A DNA stretch of 64,000 nucleotides from an uncultured Chloroflexia bacterium (GTDB lineage: Bacteria > Chloroflexota > Limnocylindria > Limnocylindrales > CSP1-4), in assembly GCA_963712745.1 (NCBI GenBank), contig CAVQJC010000011.1, forward strand, positions 224,001 to 288,000, read 5' to 3'. Position 1 is the stretch's first letter, and each line of letters begins with the position of its first letter. The position numbers and the translations under genes are program-made. The notes below the pieces were generated by a model. That model searched no databases and was not told the origin of the DNA. It saw only the letters and a list, made by a program, of their open reading frames with translations. Shown here piece after piece: positions 61,333 through 64,000 of the stretch.

Positions 61333-62244
61333 ATGGCGCAACTCGGGATCAACACCTGTTTCGCGGTGAAGCGCTGGCCTCGTCCGGCGGATTGGGCCCC
61401 CATCGTGCGCGACCGACTCGGCCTAGACCTTGTCCAAGTCTCGCTGGACCTGGTGGACGTGACGCAGAGCGAAGAGTCACTGGCCCGCCTCGTCGATGAG
61501 CACCTGGAGGCGGCGGCTCGTCACGGGATCCGCATCCACTCCGTCTTCACCGGCATCGCGGGCTACTCCTCGAACCTGCTGCTCCACCCGGACGAGCGCG
61601 AGCGGGATGCAGCGGAGCGCTGGTATGAGCGCGCCATCGCATTCACGGCGCGGCTCGGCGCCGAGTCGGTCGGTGGGCACGTCGGTGCCTACAGCGTCCC
61701 CGACTGGGCAGACGCGGAGCGGCGCTCCACACTGTGGGAGGAGCTCAAGGTCCGCCTGAGCCGGCTGGCGTCCGCGGCGCACAGCCGTGGACTCGAGGGG
61801 TTCCTCATCGAGAACCTGGCCGCCCGGCGCGAGCCTTCGACGATGGCCGACATCGAGTCGCTCATCACCGACGGTGACGACGAGCATGTCCCACTCCAGC
61901 TTTGCCTGGATGTGGGGCACATGTGCGTGCCTGGGACCGAGGGTGAAGAACGCGATCCCCATGCCTGGTTGCGGCGGCTGGGCCGTCGCGCGGCCGTCAT
62001 CCAGATCCAGCAAGGCGACGTCCTCGGCGACCGGCACTGGCCGTTCACAGCTGAGCACGATGAGGTCGGCCGCATCGTTCCGAGCAGGGTGCTGGAGACG
62101 CTGGGTCAGGCCTCGACGGCGCCGCTGATCTTCGAGATCATCCCCGCTTTCGAGGCTCCCGACGATGCCACGCTCGCCGATCTGGTCGAATCGGTGCGGC
62201 GCTGGCGCGAGGCGATGGCCGACTTCGAAGCATCCGCAAACTGA
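61333..62244 (+). CDS. Sugar-phosphate isomerase/epimerase (xylose-isomerase-like TIM barrel)
   Basis: LGINTCFAVKRWP, IENL, CLDVGH, HWPF, FEII metal-site pattern. Confidence 0.82.
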   Translation: MAQLGINTCFAVKRWPRPADWAPIVRDRLGLDLVQVSLDLVDVTQSEESLARLVDEHLEAAARHGIRIHSVFTGIAGYSSNLLLHPDERERDAAERWYERAIAFTARLGAESVGGHVGAYSVPDWADAERRSTLWEELKVRLSRLASAAHSRGLEGFLIENLAARREPSTMADIESLITDGDDEHVPLQLCLDVGHMCVPGTEGEERDPHAWLRRLGRRAAVIQIQQGDVLGDRHWPFTAEHDEVGRIVPSRVLETLGQASTAPLIFEIIPAFEAPDDATLADLVESVRRWREAMADFEASAN

Positions 62245-62325
62245 GCCTCACCGCGAGTGTCGATCAGGCTCGTCGTACTTCCTTCCGACGGCCTCGTCGG
62301 GCGGTCGAATCGGGGCGAATATCGA

Positions 62326-62344
62326 TTGACAATCGTGGCACGAT
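62326..62344 (+). promoter_or_regulatory. Sigma70-type -35 element with adjacent palindrome
   Basis: TTGACA followed by ATCGTG-G-CACGAT, upstream of the SBP gene. Confidence 0.45.
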
Positions 62345-62401
62345 GACGACTGGGTGTACCGACGGTCCAGATCCAGGCAAGACAAGCATGGGAGATGTTT
62401 G

Positions 62402-63484
62402 ATGACCAGTGTTACCCGCTCTCGCGTTCACGCGCGAGTCGCCCTCCTCAGTGGCGCGGTCCTGACCGCATCGATGCTCGCTGGGGCGATGCCGGCAACC
62501 GCACAGGACGACGGGGCCGCGTTGGCCGAGTGCCTTGCTGCGGCCGAGCCCAAGACGTACGGGTATATCAAGCCCGGCCCGGACACGTGGTACCAGCGCG
62601 ACGTTGACGGCTTCGTCTATGCGGCCGAGGCCGATGGCAACGAGGTCGTCGTCCTCGACACCGAGTACGACTCCGAGAAGGAGATCGCCAACATCGAGTC
62701 GCTCATCAACCAGGGCGTCGATGGCATCAGCATGTTCTCATCGACCGAGGCGGGAGCGACCCTGGCCGCGGAGGAAGGGAACAAGGCCGGCATCCCGGTC
62801 GTCCTCACCGACAGCGTCGGGACGGTCATCGCCAACGGCACCGATCATGTCGCGTCCATCGACTTCGACTGGTACGGCATGGGCGAGTCCTACGCGCAGT
62901 GGATGGCCGACAACTACCCCGGTGAGACGTTCGCCATCCTGACCGGGTTCTTCATCTCGCCGCCGAGTCAGCAGATCAACGCGGGCATGACCGAGAAGGC
63001 CGCTGAGCTTGGCGTCAACACCCTCATCGAGCCCATCCTCGAGACCGAGTACAGCCCGGACAAGGCTCGCGACCTCGCCCAGGACCTGCTCTTCTCGGGT
63101 GAGGAGCCTGGCCTCATGTTCGTGATGGACGAGGACATGGCCACCGCGGTGATCCGCATGCTGCGCAACGAAGGCGCGCTGGACAATCCGGTCAAGGTCT
63201 TCGCTCAGAACGGCTCGCCGGCCGGCATCCCGCTGCTCCACGAAGGCTCGCTGAAGTACACCATCAGCAGCTCGCCTGGCTGGGAGGGCTATGTCGCCTA
63301 CCACGCGCTGAACAACTACGTCCAGGGCTGCACCGATGAGATCAACAGGCAGATCATGCTGCCGGTGATCCCGGTGACCCCGGAGAACGTGGACGATCCG
63401 ACCCAGGTCGTGCCCTGGGAGCCGGATGCCGTCTACGAAGAGCTGACCAAGACCCACTTCCCGGACTTGCTGCCCGCCGAGTAA
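62402..63484 (+). CDS. Monosaccharide ABC substrate-binding protein (RbsB-like)
   Basis: Signal peptide ATA-QD; EIANIESLINQGVDGI, AGIPVV. Confidence 0.9.
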   Translation: MTSVTRSRVHARVALLSGAVLTASMLAGAMPATAQDDGAALAECLAAAEPKTYGYIKPGPDTWYQRDVDGFVYAAEADGNEVVVLDTEYDSEKEIANIESLINQGVDGISMFSSTEAGATLAAEEGNKAGIPVVLTDSVGTVIANGTDHVASIDFDWYGMGESYAQWMADNYPGETFAILTGFFISPPSQQINAGMTEKAAELGVNTLIEPILETEYSPDKARDLAQDLLFSGEEPGLMFVMDEDMATAVIRMLRNEGALDNPVKVFAQNGSPAGIPLLHEGSLKYTISSSPGWEGYVAYHALNNYVQGCTDEINRQIMLPVIPVTPENVDDPTQVVPWEPDAVYEELTKTHFPDLLPAE

Positions 63485-63509
63485 CGGGCACTCAACGGAC
63501 TGCTTGCCG

Positions 63510-64000
63510 GTGATCGCGCAAGCAGAGGGGGCCGGATCGGACGTCACGGGTGACCGGGACGCTGGTCCGGTCCTTTCGCTGGAACACATCTCCAAGACGT
63601 ATCCGGGTACTCGCGCCCTGATCGACGTCAGCTTCGATCTGTCCGCGGGTGAGGTCCACAGCCTCATCGGCGAGAACGGGGCTGGCAAGTCCACCCTCAT
63701 GAAGATCCTGGCCGGGGTCGTGGCCCCCGACGAGGGCAAGATCGTCATCCGGGGTCAGGCGCGGCAGCACCTCACGCCGCGCTCGGCTCTCGACCTCGGT
63801 GTCAGCACCATCTACCAGGACGCGGACATCGTGAGTAGCCTGACCGTGGCCGACAACATCTTCCTCGGCCAGGAGCCGACACGTGGACTGGACGTGGTCG
63901 ACACACGCGCGCAACGGCGCGTCTCAGCCGAGCTCATCGAGGACCTGGGCGTCACCCTGGAGCCCGACAAGCTCGGAGCGGACCTGACGCCGGCCGAACG
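63510..64000 (+). CDS. Sugar ABC ATP-binding protein (RbsA-like), truncated by the window end
   Basis: LEHISKTYPGTRAL.DVSF...GEVHSLIGENGAGKSTLMKIL, TIYQD, LTVADNIFLG. Confidence 0.92.
   Translation, partial: MIAQAEGAGSDVTGDRDAGPVLSLEHISKTYPGTRALIDVSFDLSAGEVHSLIGENGAGKSTLMKILAGVVAPDEGKIVIRGQARQHLTPRSALDLGVSTIYQDADIVSSLTVADNIFLGQEPTRGLDVVDTRAQRRVSAELIEDLGVTLEPDKLGADLTPAE

Overview
High-GC bacterial chromosomal window, densely coding, with no rRNA, tRNA, CRISPR array or transposase visible. Gene style suggests Chloroflexota (possibly Limnocylindria-like) or Actinomycetota; this is inference only. Contents from left to right: (1) a pentose/hemicellulose locus (ABC permease and SBP, LacI regulator with two operator-like palindromes, GH51 arabinofuranosidase, unknown protein, xylB); (2) a ~640 bp repeat-rich intergenic region with three REP/REPIN-like cassettes; (3) an alpha-glucan locus (GH57, a P-loop kinase running into an atypical GH13-like enzyme, MalEFG-like ABC), then malic enzyme and fused OtsAB; (4) MarR, VOC, NDH-2 and an internally deleted cyclase remnant; (5) SCO-PCuAC-DsbA divergent from a ZnuABC-like operon around a Zur-like box; (6) AzlCD, M23 peptidase, tryptophanase, GT-C, Kv-type channel, FG-GAP protein; (7) a GT4 convergent with a YghO/ceramide-synthase-like GNAT; (8) a TetR locus, a zinc-ribbon/cyclase/STAND/TPR protein and a TAP-like hydrolase; (9) xylA, a ferric-reductase/FMN-binding/ApbE flavinylation module and the start of a monosaccharide ABC operon. 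About nine genes carry single-base frameshifts, most likely long-read assembly errors. The best candidates for undescribed biology are the kinase/GH13-like alpha-glucan module, the REPIN-like cassette array, the putative Zur-controlled SCO/PCuAC/DsbA operon and the putative ceramide-synthase/GT4 pair. All family calls are from motif recognition, not database searches.
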